Positions 20,982 through 30,910 of a stretch of DNA of 64,000 nt are shown one piece after another. The stretch is from an uncultured virus (IMG/VR IMGVR_UViG_3300022879_000001) (lineage: Duplodnaviria > Heunggongvirae > Uroviricota > Caudoviricetes), in IMG/VR virus record IMGVR_UViG_3300022879_000001; one strand, written 5' to 3'. The notes beneath the pieces were generated by a model. That model searched no databases. It was not told where the DNA came from and was given only the letters and a program-made list of their open reading frames with translations. Position 1 is the stretch's first letter. Each line of letters opens with the position of its first letter. The position numbers and the translations under genes were made by a program.

Positions 20982-22136
20982 ATGGCAGGATTCCGTAATA
21001 AAGTAAAAAGTAATAAACCAAAGGTACAACTAGAAAGCATTACAACATTAGTAGCAGGCGGATGGAAAACAGGTAAAACTCGATTATGGAAAGAGGTAAC
21101 TGAGCTTCATTACGCTTCACCAGATGACGTATTATTAATGGCATTCGAAGATGGCTATGAAACATGGGAATTAGACAACATTGTCGCTTTACATGAGCAA
21201 GGTACGGACGATACTCTATGGAAAGTTTGGGAGTATTTTAAGAAAACAGTCGTACCAGACTTAGTAAAAGAGGCAAAAGATAACCGTATTACAAAGTTAA
21301 TTGGAACAGATACAGCAGACCGAGCAATTGATGCTTGTACTGCTTGGGTACTGTATGATCGAGGGCGAAAATACGGTAAAGTATTTGCTTCACTTCAAGA
21401 GATATCCGACAACACATCTGAAAATGGATGGACTGTATTAGCCGAAGAGTTAAAGAAACCTTTTGATACATTAAAGAATGCAGGATACGGTTTATTCCAT
21501 ATCGCATGGACTAAGGAAAAGGAAACTACTTTACATGACGGTAAAAAATATAACTCTATTCAATTGATGATGAATAATACTGGGCGTAAAGTATTTGAAT
21601 CTCAGGCTTCACTGATTTGTTGCTTATTCAATGAAACATCGGTATTAGATAAAGCAGGTAATGAATTAGAAGAAAATATTAAAGATAAAAAAGGTAAAGA
21701 AAAGGCTACTAACTTCCACGATACGCAAACAATGATGTATTTCCGACCATCTGAGTATGTTGAAATTGCAGGAGGACGCTACACTAATTTACCTGAGAAA
21801 GTAGAATATAGTGCACCGAATTTCTTAAATGTATTTGAAGAAGCTGTAAAAGGTCAATTGAAGAAGACAACTCAAACAGTAGAAGAACTGAAAGAGGAAG
21901 AGCAAGTGGAACGTGAGGAAAAAGTTAAGGAATTAGTAGAAAAAACGGATAATAATCCTGACGCAGTGCTTTTGCAAATTGACGAAGTTGTAGCCAGTAT
22001 GACACAAGAACAAAAAGTTAAGGCAAGTGTAGAGTTTGAAAAAGCATTTAAAGTGAAGAATTATAAGCAAGAAAAGGGTAACCTTGAGAACCTTAAGAAA
22101 GCATTAAATATTGTAACAAGTATTACAGAAGAATAA
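20982..22136 (+). CDS. AAA/Sak4-like ATPase (YorG-like)
   Basis: Walker A GGWKTGKT, FEDGY, DTAD, AGGRY. Confidence 0.75.
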   Translation: MAGFRNKVKSNKPKVQLESITTLVAGGWKTGKTRLWKEVTELHYASPDDVLLMAFEDGYETWELDNIVALHEQGTDDTLWKVWEYFKKTVVPDLVKEAKDNRITKLIGTDTADRAIDACTAWVLYDRGRKYGKVFASLQEISDNTSENGWTVLAEELKKPFDTLKNAGYGLFHIAWTKEKETTLHDGKKYNSIQLMMNNTGRKVFESQASLICCLFNETSVLDKAGNELEENIKDKKGKEKATNFHDTQTMMYFRPSEYVEIAGGRYTNLPEKVEYSAPNFLNVFEEAVKGQLKKTTQTVEELKEEEQVEREEKVKELVEKTDNNPDAVLLQIDEVVASMTQEQKVKASVEFEKAFKVKNYKQEKGNLENLKKALNIVTSITEE

Positions 22137-22146
22137 ATACATAATT

Positions 22147-22180
22147 AGGGTAGGATAGCTTTATTCTACCCTTTATTTTT
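22147..22180 (+). terminator. Intrinsic terminator-like hairpin
   Basis: AGGGTAGGATA-GCTT-TATTCTACCCT followed by a T-rich run. Confidence 0.6.
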
Positions 22181-22189
22181 AAATAAGAG

Positions 22190-22789
22190 GTGAAAGAAAT
22201 GCCAAAATGCCAATGGTGTAAGGAAAATGGAGAAAAAGAATTCATGCATTGTGATGAGAAACCTACTGGACAATTTAATAAAAATGGATCACCGAAAATG
22301 TTTAGGAAGTATTTTCATACATCATGTCACGGATTGTTTTTAGATGATAAAGAATGTAAGCGAATTGAAGCTGATAAGCTAAATGACTTGTATCAGTATT
22401 TATTAAAATTACATAACCTAATTGCTTTAGACGAGAGAATGATGGAGAAAATACAAGATTTACGAAATGGAACAATAAAGATTAATAATAAAAAGGTTAA
22501 AAAATATAAGTCAGGCGTACCTTATGAATTGATGCTTCAGGCGTATCATTACAATACAAATACGATTGATGATGTGATGCGTAAAATGCATTTCAAAGAA
22601 AAATGGAATGAATTCTCATATGTGTTTGGAATTATAACTAAAAGCGTCAACGATATTCATGCCTTGAACGAACGAAAAGAAATGGCAGAAACGTTTAAAA
22701 GTAAGGTGTCAGTAGAATCAATCGAAATCAATGTCAAAAAGAAAGAGGTAAAGAAAGTAGACGAATTGGATATTTCAGAATTATTGTAG
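22190..22789 (+). CDS. Zn-binding replication protein (YorH-like position)
   Basis: CQWC...FH.SC; directly upstream of the helicase. Confidence 0.5.
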   Translation: MKEMPKCQWCKENGEKEFMHCDEKPTGQFNKNGSPKMFRKYFHTSCHGLFLDDKECKRIEADKLNDLYQYLLKLHNLIALDERMMEKIQDLRNGTIKINNKKVKKYKSGVPYELMLQAYHYNTNTIDDVMRKMHFKEKWNEFSYVFGIITKSVNDIHALNERKEMAETFKSKVSVESIEINVKKKEVKKVDELDISELL

Positions 22790-22802
22790 GAGTTGAAAGC
22801 TA

Positions 22803-24293
22803 TTGAATTATGCTAAAGAATTTGTAGAGCCTTCATTTTTGCATGAGTCTTTACTTAACGGATATTTATGGAATAACCCTAATTTGTATCAAAAGTATAA
22901 AACACATAAGATTACAAAAGAAACATTCACTGAAAACGTATGGTACTTTTATTTTACTTTAGGATTTGAGATGTATAATAACGGAATTCGAGATTTTGAT
23001 GATAAGACAGTTTATACATATATTGTTTCTCAGCCAAAAGAAGTAGGTAAGAAGAGTTACATTGATTCGTATAATCTCTTTGGTGGTTATGATACTATCT
23101 CAGAACTTATGGATGCATGTAAGACTGATTCACAAAATGATGAGTATCATTTTAGTGAGATACAGAAATATGAAAGTTTTAGGAAGTTACAAGATGAGGC
23201 ATTGATCAACGTCAATGATAAAGACCTAATAAATAAACTGTGTAAGGTAACATTAAAACAAGCGCAATTATACATACAAGTTAAAGCTAAAGAAGCTTTT
23301 GCACAAGTTAATTCAGGAGATGTAATTGAGCACGACTTAGTAGATAACTTAAAGGAAACTATTGAAGAACTTAATCTAGGAGAATCGATGGGAATTCCTT
23401 TACATGATGCACCACGTTTGAATAGAAAAATTAAGGGTTGGAAAAACGGTTCGCTCTATTACTTAATACTATCGTCTGGTGTTGGTAAGAGTTCTATTGC
23501 GATGGAGAAGTTCATTCTTAGCTTATTTGAAAATAAGGAAAAAGCTATTTTAGCTATTAATGAAGAAAGCGTTAAGAAATGGAGACAGTTATTACTCTCG
23601 ACAATCTCAACTAAGATACTAAAGAAACCTATTAATCGTGAAAAAATGTATGAAGGAAATTTTACTCCCGAAACATTTAAGAAGTTAGAAGATGCATCTA
23701 GTTGGGCTAGAGAAAACGGTCAAGGTTTAATTAAAACATTGGAGCTTAAAAAATTCCGTATGCAAGATATACATAATCGAGTAGAACTGTATCGACCTAA
23801 AGGTTACTCTAAATTAATAATAGATACTTTTAAGCCAGATAGATCACAAAGCGATATGGCACGATGGGAAGCTTTCTCTAATTCAGCACAAGAACTACAT
23901 GATTTAATTAAAGAAGATAATTACAATGTAGGAACTTTAGCAACTGTACAGTTGAAGCTAGGTAAAGAAACAAGATTCCTCGACTTAGATAGTACAGGTA
24001 AAAGTATGGAGATTAATGAAGTTGCGGCTGTTGTTATGATGGGAAGGTTAATGTTCGCTGATGAGTATGAAGGTAAGTATGCGCTTAAACCTTATAATTA
24101 CAAAAAAGATGAATTCACTGGAGAATGGTATCCAAAAGACTACAAATTAGATCCTCAGAAACTGTATCTTGTATTATTTCTTGCAAAGAACAGATTCGGT
24201 AGTGAGGAAGAGCAAATACTTTTTGAAGTCAATTATGAAATCAACTCATTCAAAGAAGTAGCTTTAGTAAAAGTTCCTCGTTACGGAAATTAA
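22803..24293 (+). CDS. DnaB-like replicative helicase
   Basis: SSGVGKSS Walker A, IIDT, TVQL, KNRFG. Confidence 0.9.
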   Translation: MNYAKEFVEPSFLHESLLNGYLWNNPNLYQKYKTHKITKETFTENVWYFYFTLGFEMYNNGIRDFDDKTVYTYIVSQPKEVGKKSYIDSYNLFGGYDTISELMDACKTDSQNDEYHFSEIQKYESFRKLQDEALINVNDKDLINKLCKVTLKQAQLYIQVKAKEAFAQVNSGDVIEHDLVDNLKETIEELNLGESMGIPLHDAPRLNRKIKGWKNGSLYYLILSSGVGKSSIAMEKFILSLFENKEKAILAINEESVKKWRQLLLSTISTKILKKPINREKMYEGNFTPETFKKLEDASSWARENGQGLIKTLELKKFRMQDIHNRVELYRPKGYSKLIIDTFKPDRSQSDMARWEAFSNSAQELHDLIKEDNYNVGTLATVQLKLGKETRFLDLDSTGKSMEINEVAAVVMMGRLMFADEYEGKYALKPYNYKKDEFTGEWYPKDYKLDPQKLYLVLFLAKNRFGSEEEQILFEVNYEINSFKEVALVKVPRYGN

Positions 24294-24316
24294 TAAAGAT
24301 ATAAGTAGGTGGAGGG

Positions 24317-25375
24317 ATGTCTGAATTACGGCAAATAGAATCTAAGATATATAACGAAGACCGTATAGAAGAATTGTTAGAGTACTTAGATTGTTGGGAT
24401 ATAATGACTGAACAATACGGTATATTATATGTAGCAGGACTTCCTGACGGAGATAATAGCAGAAGTGTTCAGATTAAGAATACTGAGTCATTGTCAGTAA
24501 ATATAAGATCAAAAGGTATAACAGGAAGTATATTCGACTTAGTAAGTTACATTATTTTTGGTTCTGAAACCGAACAAGAAATGAAGGATACTCTTTCAAA
24601 AAGTAAATTTTGGATTTGTAATAAATTAAATTATCCAGAATTTATAGATGAATTCTATAGAGTTACTTCTGATACACAAGAACCTGTTAAAAATTATAAT
24701 GAATGGCTTAAAAAAGCTTCAACAAAAATTAATAAGAGTAACACTTTGAATGTAGTGTTGTCAGATAAATACATAAATGAGTACGAAATAATTCCGTATT
24801 ACAAATGGTTTAAAGAAGGGTTAAGTATAACTACACAAAAGTATTTTCAAATAGGTATTGATGTAAATACAGAACGTATTACATTTCCAGTACATAACAA
24901 GAACGGAGAACTAATTGGTATTAAGGGTAGGTATTGTGGAAAAAACAAAGAAATAGAAGATAAGTACAAGTACCTTTATCTGATACCTTGTAATAAATCA
25001 CTAGAGCTATTTAATTTACATAGGGCTTTACCTCATATACAACGATTAAAAGAAGTGATCGTAGTAGAAGGTGGAAAAACAACGATGTTCCTAAAGCAAT
25101 GGAATTATCCTAATGCAGTATCGATTGAAGGAGATTCTCTTTCTCCCCCACAAATAAAGTTGTTGAAAGAATTAGGTTTAGATATAAAATACATATTTGC
25201 TTTTGACAAAGACAAAGATGCTGAGTATGTGAAAAAAGAGGCATCAAAACTAACAGGTAGAATGAAATACGGAATTATTGATATTGAAAACAATTTAGAA
25301 CATAAGGATTCTCCTACAGATAAAGGTAAGGAAGTATGGGACAGCTTATATAAAAATAACATATACAAAATATAG
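24317..25375 (+). CDS. DNA primase (TOPRIM)
   Basis: RITFPVHN..G.LIGIKGR, VVEG, AFDKD. Confidence 0.9.
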   Translation: MSELRQIESKIYNEDRIEELLEYLDCWDIMTEQYGILYVAGLPDGDNSRSVQIKNTESLSVNIRSKGITGSIFDLVSYIIFGSETEQEMKDTLSKSKFWICNKLNYPEFIDEFYRVTSDTQEPVKNYNEWLKKASTKINKSNTLNVVLSDKYINEYEIIPYYKWFKEGLSITTQKYFQIGIDVNTERITFPVHNKNGELIGIKGRYCGKNKEIEDKYKYLYLIPCNKSLELFNLHRALPHIQRLKEVIVVEGGKTTMFLKQWNYPNAVSIEGDSLSPPQIKLLKELGLDIKYIFAFDKDKDAEYVKKEASKLTGRMKYGIIDIENNLEHKDSPTDKGKEVWDSLYKNNIYKI

Positions 25376-25389
25376 ATAGGAGAGGTAAC

Positions 25390-26304
25390 TTGAGTAATTT
25401 ACCAAAATTCAGTTACAGTAAGTTGGCTACATTCGTACAATGTCCAATGAAATACAAGTACAAATACGTAGACGGTAACTATGTACAGTCCGATGCGATT
25501 CACTTGGATTTAGGAAACTTATTACATAAAGTATTGGAAATAAAATATAGAAACATAATTGAAGGTATACCCAATGATTACGCTTATTTAAAAGAAGTGT
25601 ATTTAAAAGGAATTGCAGAAGATACAGATAAGGATAAAGGAAACTTTATCATAGGTGTAAATGCTATCAAAGAAAAATTCGGAGAAGATACATTTATTGA
25701 AGTAAATACAAAAAGTAATTTAAGTTATGAAGATAAATTAGAAACCTTCTTACACTATCTTGAACAAGATTCTATTGGTGACTGGAAACCGTTGGCGGTC
25801 GAAATAAACTTTAACTTTGAATATGAAGGTAAAGTAATCCTTAATGGATTCATTGATCGAATTGACATTAACGATAAAGGAGAGTTACGTGTAGTCGATT
25901 ATAAATCATCAAATAAGGTATATGAAGATAAAGATCTAACTACTCCTTTACAAATGTTTATTTACGCTTTAGCTTGTGAAAACATTTTCGGTAAAACCCC
26001 CATAGAATTTATGTACGATATGATTTTACTAGGTGAGAAACAGTTAGCTTGTACAAAAGGTTATTATAAACGAGGGTTGAAGAAGTTAAACAAAATTCTA
26101 GATTCAATATTTGAAGTAGAAAAGTCAGGTTTATACGCTCCTAAAGCAACTCCGTTGTGTCATTGGTGTGATTATTCTATTACAAATCCTAATGCACCAT
26201 TTTATTCACAAGACTTATGTAATTACTACAGTTTATGGACACCTGACAATAAGACATTTAAAGTGAATCGAAAATTTGAGGAAAAAGATGAATTTGAATT
26301 TTGA
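25390..26304 (+). CDS. PD-(D/E)XK RecB/Cas4-like exonuclease
   Basis: FSYSKL..F.QCP, GFIDRID, VVDYKS, Q..IY, C..C Fe-S cysteines. Confidence 0.85.
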   Translation: MSNLPKFSYSKLATFVQCPMKYKYKYVDGNYVQSDAIHLDLGNLLHKVLEIKYRNIIEGIPNDYAYLKEVYLKGIAEDTDKDKGNFIIGVNAIKEKFGEDTFIEVNTKSNLSYEDKLETFLHYLEQDSIGDWKPLAVEINFNFEYEGKVILNGFIDRIDINDKGELRVVDYKSSNKVYEDKDLTTPLQMFIYALACENIFGKTPIEFMYDMILLGEKQLACTKGYYKRGLKKLNKILDSIFEVEKSGLYAPKATPLCHWCDYSITNPNAPFYSQDLCNYYSLWTPDNKTFKVNRKFEEKDEFEF

Positions 26305-26333
26305 AAGTGGGAGGCTAAGGGAGGAGTAATTAA

Positions 26334-28235
26334 TTGAGTAAATTACTAGAAGGTAAGAAATTAATATTTATGGACTTCGAAGTATTCTCTAATAGTATTC
26401 ATCCAGAAACAGGTCAACCTTATTGGATGGTTGTATTTATAGAATTAAGTTCTATGAAGAAGTTTACAATAAAAAACGATTACGATAAGTTACGATGGTT
26501 TTATAGTGTATATAAAGATGATGTATTCATTGGTTATAATATAAGAGGTTACGACCAATGGATTATGAAAGGTTTACTATTAGGACAGGATGCAGGATAT
26601 ATAACTAAACAAATTATCGAAGAAGATAAAAAGGGTAGCTATGTTGTTAGAAATCACAAGTCTATACCTATGAATATTTTTGATGTTGCAACTGGATTTC
26701 ATGGTTTGAAACAATTAGAAGCCTTTATGGGTAGTCGAATTAAAGAATCAGATGTACCTTTTGATATAGATAGACCTTTAACTCAAGATGAAGAAGATGA
26801 AGTAGAAGAATACTGTACTCATGATGTAATGGAAACAATCAAAGTTTATCATAAACGTATATCAGCTTTTAACGCTCATGTAGGGTTATTAGATATGTTC
26901 AATGTACCAATAGAACATATTTCTAAGACATCTGCACAATTAACAGCTCTTATATTAGAAGCTGAGAAACAAGAATATAAAAATGATGAATATGATTTCA
27001 TTTATCCTGATACATATCGATTAGAAAAATATCCACAAGTAAAAGAGTTCTTTGATTCAATAAAGAATGGGACATTTGTTCCGACAAAGTTTGAAAAAGG
27101 AAAACCTAAAATTGAGATTGAATTCGATATAGCAGGTGTACCTACAGTTTATGCACTAGGCGGACTTCACGGTGCGATTAAAAACTACATGTATGAAGGT
27201 AGAATTTATTCGCTCGATGTTGCGTCACTTTACCCTGCACTAATATTAGAATATGGATTAATGAGTAGAGCTTGTGAATCTGATGCTAAATTTAGATATA
27301 TTCGTGACGAACGTATTGTATTAAAGAAAGCTAAAAACCCTTTACAAGAAGCTTTAAAACTGGCGATCAACACAGTTTATGGTACGTTCGGAGATCAATA
27401 CAACAATCTATACGACAAACGTATGATGCGTTCGGTATGTGTAGCAGGGCAAATTCTATTAACTGATTTCATTGAACGCATCGAACCTTACTGTACATTG
27501 TTCAATTTAAATACAGATGGTGTATTCTTTGTATGCGAATCTGATGATAATTTAGCTAAGATTATTGAAGCACAAAAAGAATGGGAGCAACGTACTAGAC
27601 TTATCTTAGAGTTAGAAGATTATGTGAGAGTAGTACAGAAGGATGTAAACAATTACATCGTAGTACCAGAAGGTGAATTATATACTGAAGAAGGTAAACC
27701 TAGATGGAAAGCTAAAGGTGCTTATGTAAAACAATTATCTGAAATTGACTACGATTTACCAATTGTTAATTTTGCAGTAACTAATTATTTCTTAAAAAAT
27801 AAACCAGTTGAAGAAACAATCAATGAATGTAATAAATTACATGACTTCCAACGAGTAGTTAAGATGACTAACGCTTATGACTATGCAAAGAAGAATTGTA
27901 AGTTTGAAGCAGTCAAAGTATTAAATGAAGTTACAGGTAAAATGAATAAGAAAGTAATGTTAGTAGACGAAGGGTATTTACTGCAAGATAAAACTTTCCG
28001 AGTATTCGCTTCATTAAGAGAAGAGGATGGAGGGTTATTTAAACAGAAAAAAGGAGAAAATCCTGCTAAATTCCCTAACACTTCTGAAAAATGCTTCATT
28101 GATAACGAATCTATGGAAGGTAAAACAGTTCCAGATTATTTAGATCGTCAATTCTACATCGATTTGGCACAGAAACGAGTGAATCATTTCTTAGGAGTTA
28201 GTAACCGTAAGAAGAAGGCGGATACTAGTGATTGA
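26334..28235 (+). CDS. Family B DNA polymerase
   Basis: ExoI DFE, ExoII YN..GYD, ExoIII YCTHDV; PolB motifs DVASLYP, KLAINTVYG, NTDG. Confidence 0.9.
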   Translation: MSKLLEGKKLIFMDFEVFSNSIHPETGQPYWMVVFIELSSMKKFTIKNDYDKLRWFYSVYKDDVFIGYNIRGYDQWIMKGLLLGQDAGYITKQIIEEDKKGSYVVRNHKSIPMNIFDVATGFHGLKQLEAFMGSRIKESDVPFDIDRPLTQDEEDEVEEYCTHDVMETIKVYHKRISAFNAHVGLLDMFNVPIEHISKTSAQLTALILEAEKQEYKNDEYDFIYPDTYRLEKYPQVKEFFDSIKNGTFVPTKFEKGKPKIEIEFDIAGVPTVYALGGLHGAIKNYMYEGRIYSLDVASLYPALILEYGLMSRACESDAKFRYIRDERIVLKKAKNPLQEALKLAINTVYGTFGDQYNNLYDKRMMRSVCVAGQILLTDFIERIEPYCTLFNLNTDGVFFVCESDDNLAKIIEAQKEWEQRTRLILELEDYVRVVQKDVNNYIVVPEGELYTEEGKPRWKAKGAYVKQLSEIDYDLPIVNFAVTNYFLKNKPVEETINECNKLHDFQRVVKMTNAYDYAKKNCKFEAVKVLNEVTGKMNKKVMLVDEGYLLQDKTFRVFASLREEDGGLFKQKKGENPAKFPNTSEKCFIDNESMEGKTVPDYLDRQFYIDLAQKRVNHFLGVSNRKKKADTSD

Positions 28236-28303
28236 TATTAATAAATAAATTACATAAAAATTAAATATTATTGAAAATACATAAAAGAAAGAGGTAATTT
28301 TTA

Positions 28304-29344
28304 GTGCAGAAAAAACACGTAGTAATGTTTAGTACAGGTGCAGGAAGTGCATGGTTAGCTAAATATGTAGTAGACAAGTATGGTAAGGAAAATACGATCA
28401 TCTTAATTACAGATACTAAATGGGAAGATGAAGACAATTACCGTTTCATGAAAGAAGTTGCTGATTATATTGGAATAAAGATCACAGAAAAAAATGATGG
28501 ACGTACTCCAGAAGATATTTTCCGTAAGGATTTGTATTTTGGAAACTTTGGAACTGCACCATGTAGCAAAGAGTTAAAGATGAAGCAAACATTTTTATAC
28601 ATACAAGAATTGATTGATCAAGGAATTATGCCAATATTATACTTCGGTATTGATTATAAAGAAGCTAGACGAGCTCCACGACTAGCTTATAATTATAAAC
28701 ACAATGTAGATGTATTCGAAGATGGGGTAGAATTAAGATTTCCTTTGATTGCTGAAATTGATGGAGAACCAGTTAGCGGTAAACAACTAATACATAGTAG
28801 AGATTTCTTGAATTCAGAGAAAATGCCTAAAGTATACAATAAAGAAATTTATGAATCGTTAGATGATCAGAATGCTGTCATTTGCACAGCTAATCCAAAA
28901 GTAGAAATTGAAAATGAGTGGGGAATAAAGTTACCTAGGATGTATACTGCTGTAGAAGAAGCAGCAAAGAATAAAAACAATATCAAAGCAAATGAATTAT
29001 TAGAAAAAGGAGTAAAAGGTTTTTCACATGCAAACTGTGGAGGAATATGTGTAAAAGGTGGTACGGGACATTACTCAGTTTTGTATGCTGTCTGGAAAGA
29101 TAGATATTTAAAAATGGAAAAGTTAGAGCGAGAAATTAACGAGGCACAAATTGCTAAGAATGGACGTAGATACACAATTTTAAGCAAGATGATCGGCACT
29201 GGTGAGTTTGATGAAAAAGGTAAAGAGAAGAAAAAGAAAGCACCATATTCATTAGAGGAATATCGCATTGAGGTACTGGAAGGAGATATTAATAAAGATA
29301 TTGAAATAGTAGAAGACAATGTTTCATGTGAGTGCGTATTCTAA
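28304..29344 (+). CDS. PAPS-reductase-like (PP-loop) protein
   Basis: FSTGAGS, DTKWEDED, PCSKELK, GID..E..R, HANCGG.CVKGG. Confidence 0.7.
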   Translation: MQKKHVVMFSTGAGSAWLAKYVVDKYGKENTIILITDTKWEDEDNYRFMKEVADYIGIKITEKNDGRTPEDIFRKDLYFGNFGTAPCSKELKMKQTFLYIQELIDQGIMPILYFGIDYKEARRAPRLAYNYKHNVDVFEDGVELRFPLIAEIDGEPVSGKQLIHSRDFLNSEKMPKVYNKEIYESLDDQNAVICTANPKVEIENEWGIKLPRMYTAVEEAAKNKNNIKANELLEKGVKGFSHANCGGICVKGGTGHYSVLYAVWKDRYLKMEKLEREINEAQIAKNGRRYTILSKMIGTGEFDEKGKEKKKKAPYSLEEYRIEVLEGDINKDIEIVEDNVSCECVF

Positions 29345-29955
29345 ATAAAAAAATACATAATTGATTTTAAATAAAAGAAACCTATTATAAAAGGAGATTG
29401 ATTACATATGTCTAACAAACGACGAGAAATGTTTTTATCAGGAAATCCAGTATTAAAACGATTTACTAAAAATACTGTTGTTAAGAATTTTGGAATCACT
29501 TCTGAAGAGTTTGATAAGTTGATTGATGATGGATTTATTGAAGAAAATAATAATGACATCTGTGTTAGCTGTTATCGAACTTGGAATCACGACCACGATC
29601 AATGTGTTTATTGTGGAGATGAGGAATTTGACAAGGAAGATAGCTATTACAGTTACAAGTGACATTTAATAAAAGGAATATTTTATAAAAAGTGAATTAA
29701 ATAATTTTACAAATAAATAATAACGAAAGATAGGTGATTAAGATGCTTTGTATTAAATGTAATAAAGAAAATACTAAATGCATTGATGATATGCTACAAC
29801 CACTTTACATAGCCGAGATATATGAGTGTAATGACTGTAAAGGTACAATTGAAGTAATTTACAATGGAGAAATTAAAAAAGATAAAATTAAAGATTATCG
29901 TTATTATAAGATTTTATAAAACACGCATTTTAATAAAAGTATTGGGAGGAAATAA

Positions 29956-30883
29956 ATGAAGAAATACGATATTAAATTATCATTTAATGAACTAGAATTG
30001 ATTGATGGTAAGGTTTCTGAAGATGCTCAAAAAGTAATTCAACTAGCTAGAAAAGAAAACTCATTTGGATTTTCATTAACAGTGATGAATGAAATTCTAA
30101 GAAAATGGACTGTTAAATTGGAGATACAAAGAAATCAGCAATTGCAGTTATTGTGATGACAAACCTCGTGATTACTATACGTATCCAAGAAGCACAAAAT
30201 ATCATAGAAAAGGTGAAAAGAATTATAGTAAACCAAAATACTATTCAGGTATTAAATTCAATGAAGGGTTTGTAACGATCCAAGGACAAGGGGATATGTG
30301 TCGAGAATGTTGTGAAAAACATAATGTAATTAACCAATTAATTGATTATATTCTAGCTAATGACTTGAAGATTCAAATTCAAAAGAATGATTATAAAGAC
30401 AGTAAGTACCTAAAAGATGACATCAGAATATGCTACAACTGCGATAGTGAAATGAAAGAATCGGAAATGGGTAAATCTTCAACTATGATGGGAGATGGTA
30501 ATTATCCATCTACATGCCCTAAATGTGAAGCCAAAGGCTCGGCATTCGGTAAAAGCCATATTACAACAAGTAATTTTACACATAGAATAAATCCATTATA
30601 CTCAGAAGAAGTACAAGAAATTAAAGAATTGATTAAAATACATAATCAAATTAATGAAAAAGATTTGCATATTAGGCTAGGACAATCGAAAAGAAACGAA
30701 AACGCTATTATTGTACAAGAAACTGAATTTAAAAATGGTTATCGTGAAGTGGTTGACTTTGATTTAGAAAAGAAAATCTATTATGTAGGTCATTTTTGGA
30801 AAGACAAAGTTAATGATTTTGTTAAAGTGTTGAAAAATAACGGATATGAAGAAACAGAAAACAGATATTTAATAGTAAGGTAA
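29956..30883 (+). pseudogene. Cys-rich hypothetical protein, frameshifted near 30104
   Basis: Alternate frame NGLLNWRYKEISNCSYC... runs without a stop into ORF 30296-30883. Confidence 0.65.
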
Positions 30884-30910
30884 TTAAATAAAAAACATGG
30901 AGGAATATTT

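Noticed and set aside
25390..26304. Cas4-like gene suggesting CRISPR-Cas
   Set aside because: No repeat-spacer array or other cas genes seen; the gene sits in the replication module
4703..29344. DndB-like plus DndC/PAPS-like genes as a phosphorothioation system
   Set aside because: The genes are 22 kb apart, no dndA/D/E are visible, and the DndB-like gene is explained by YopQ synteny
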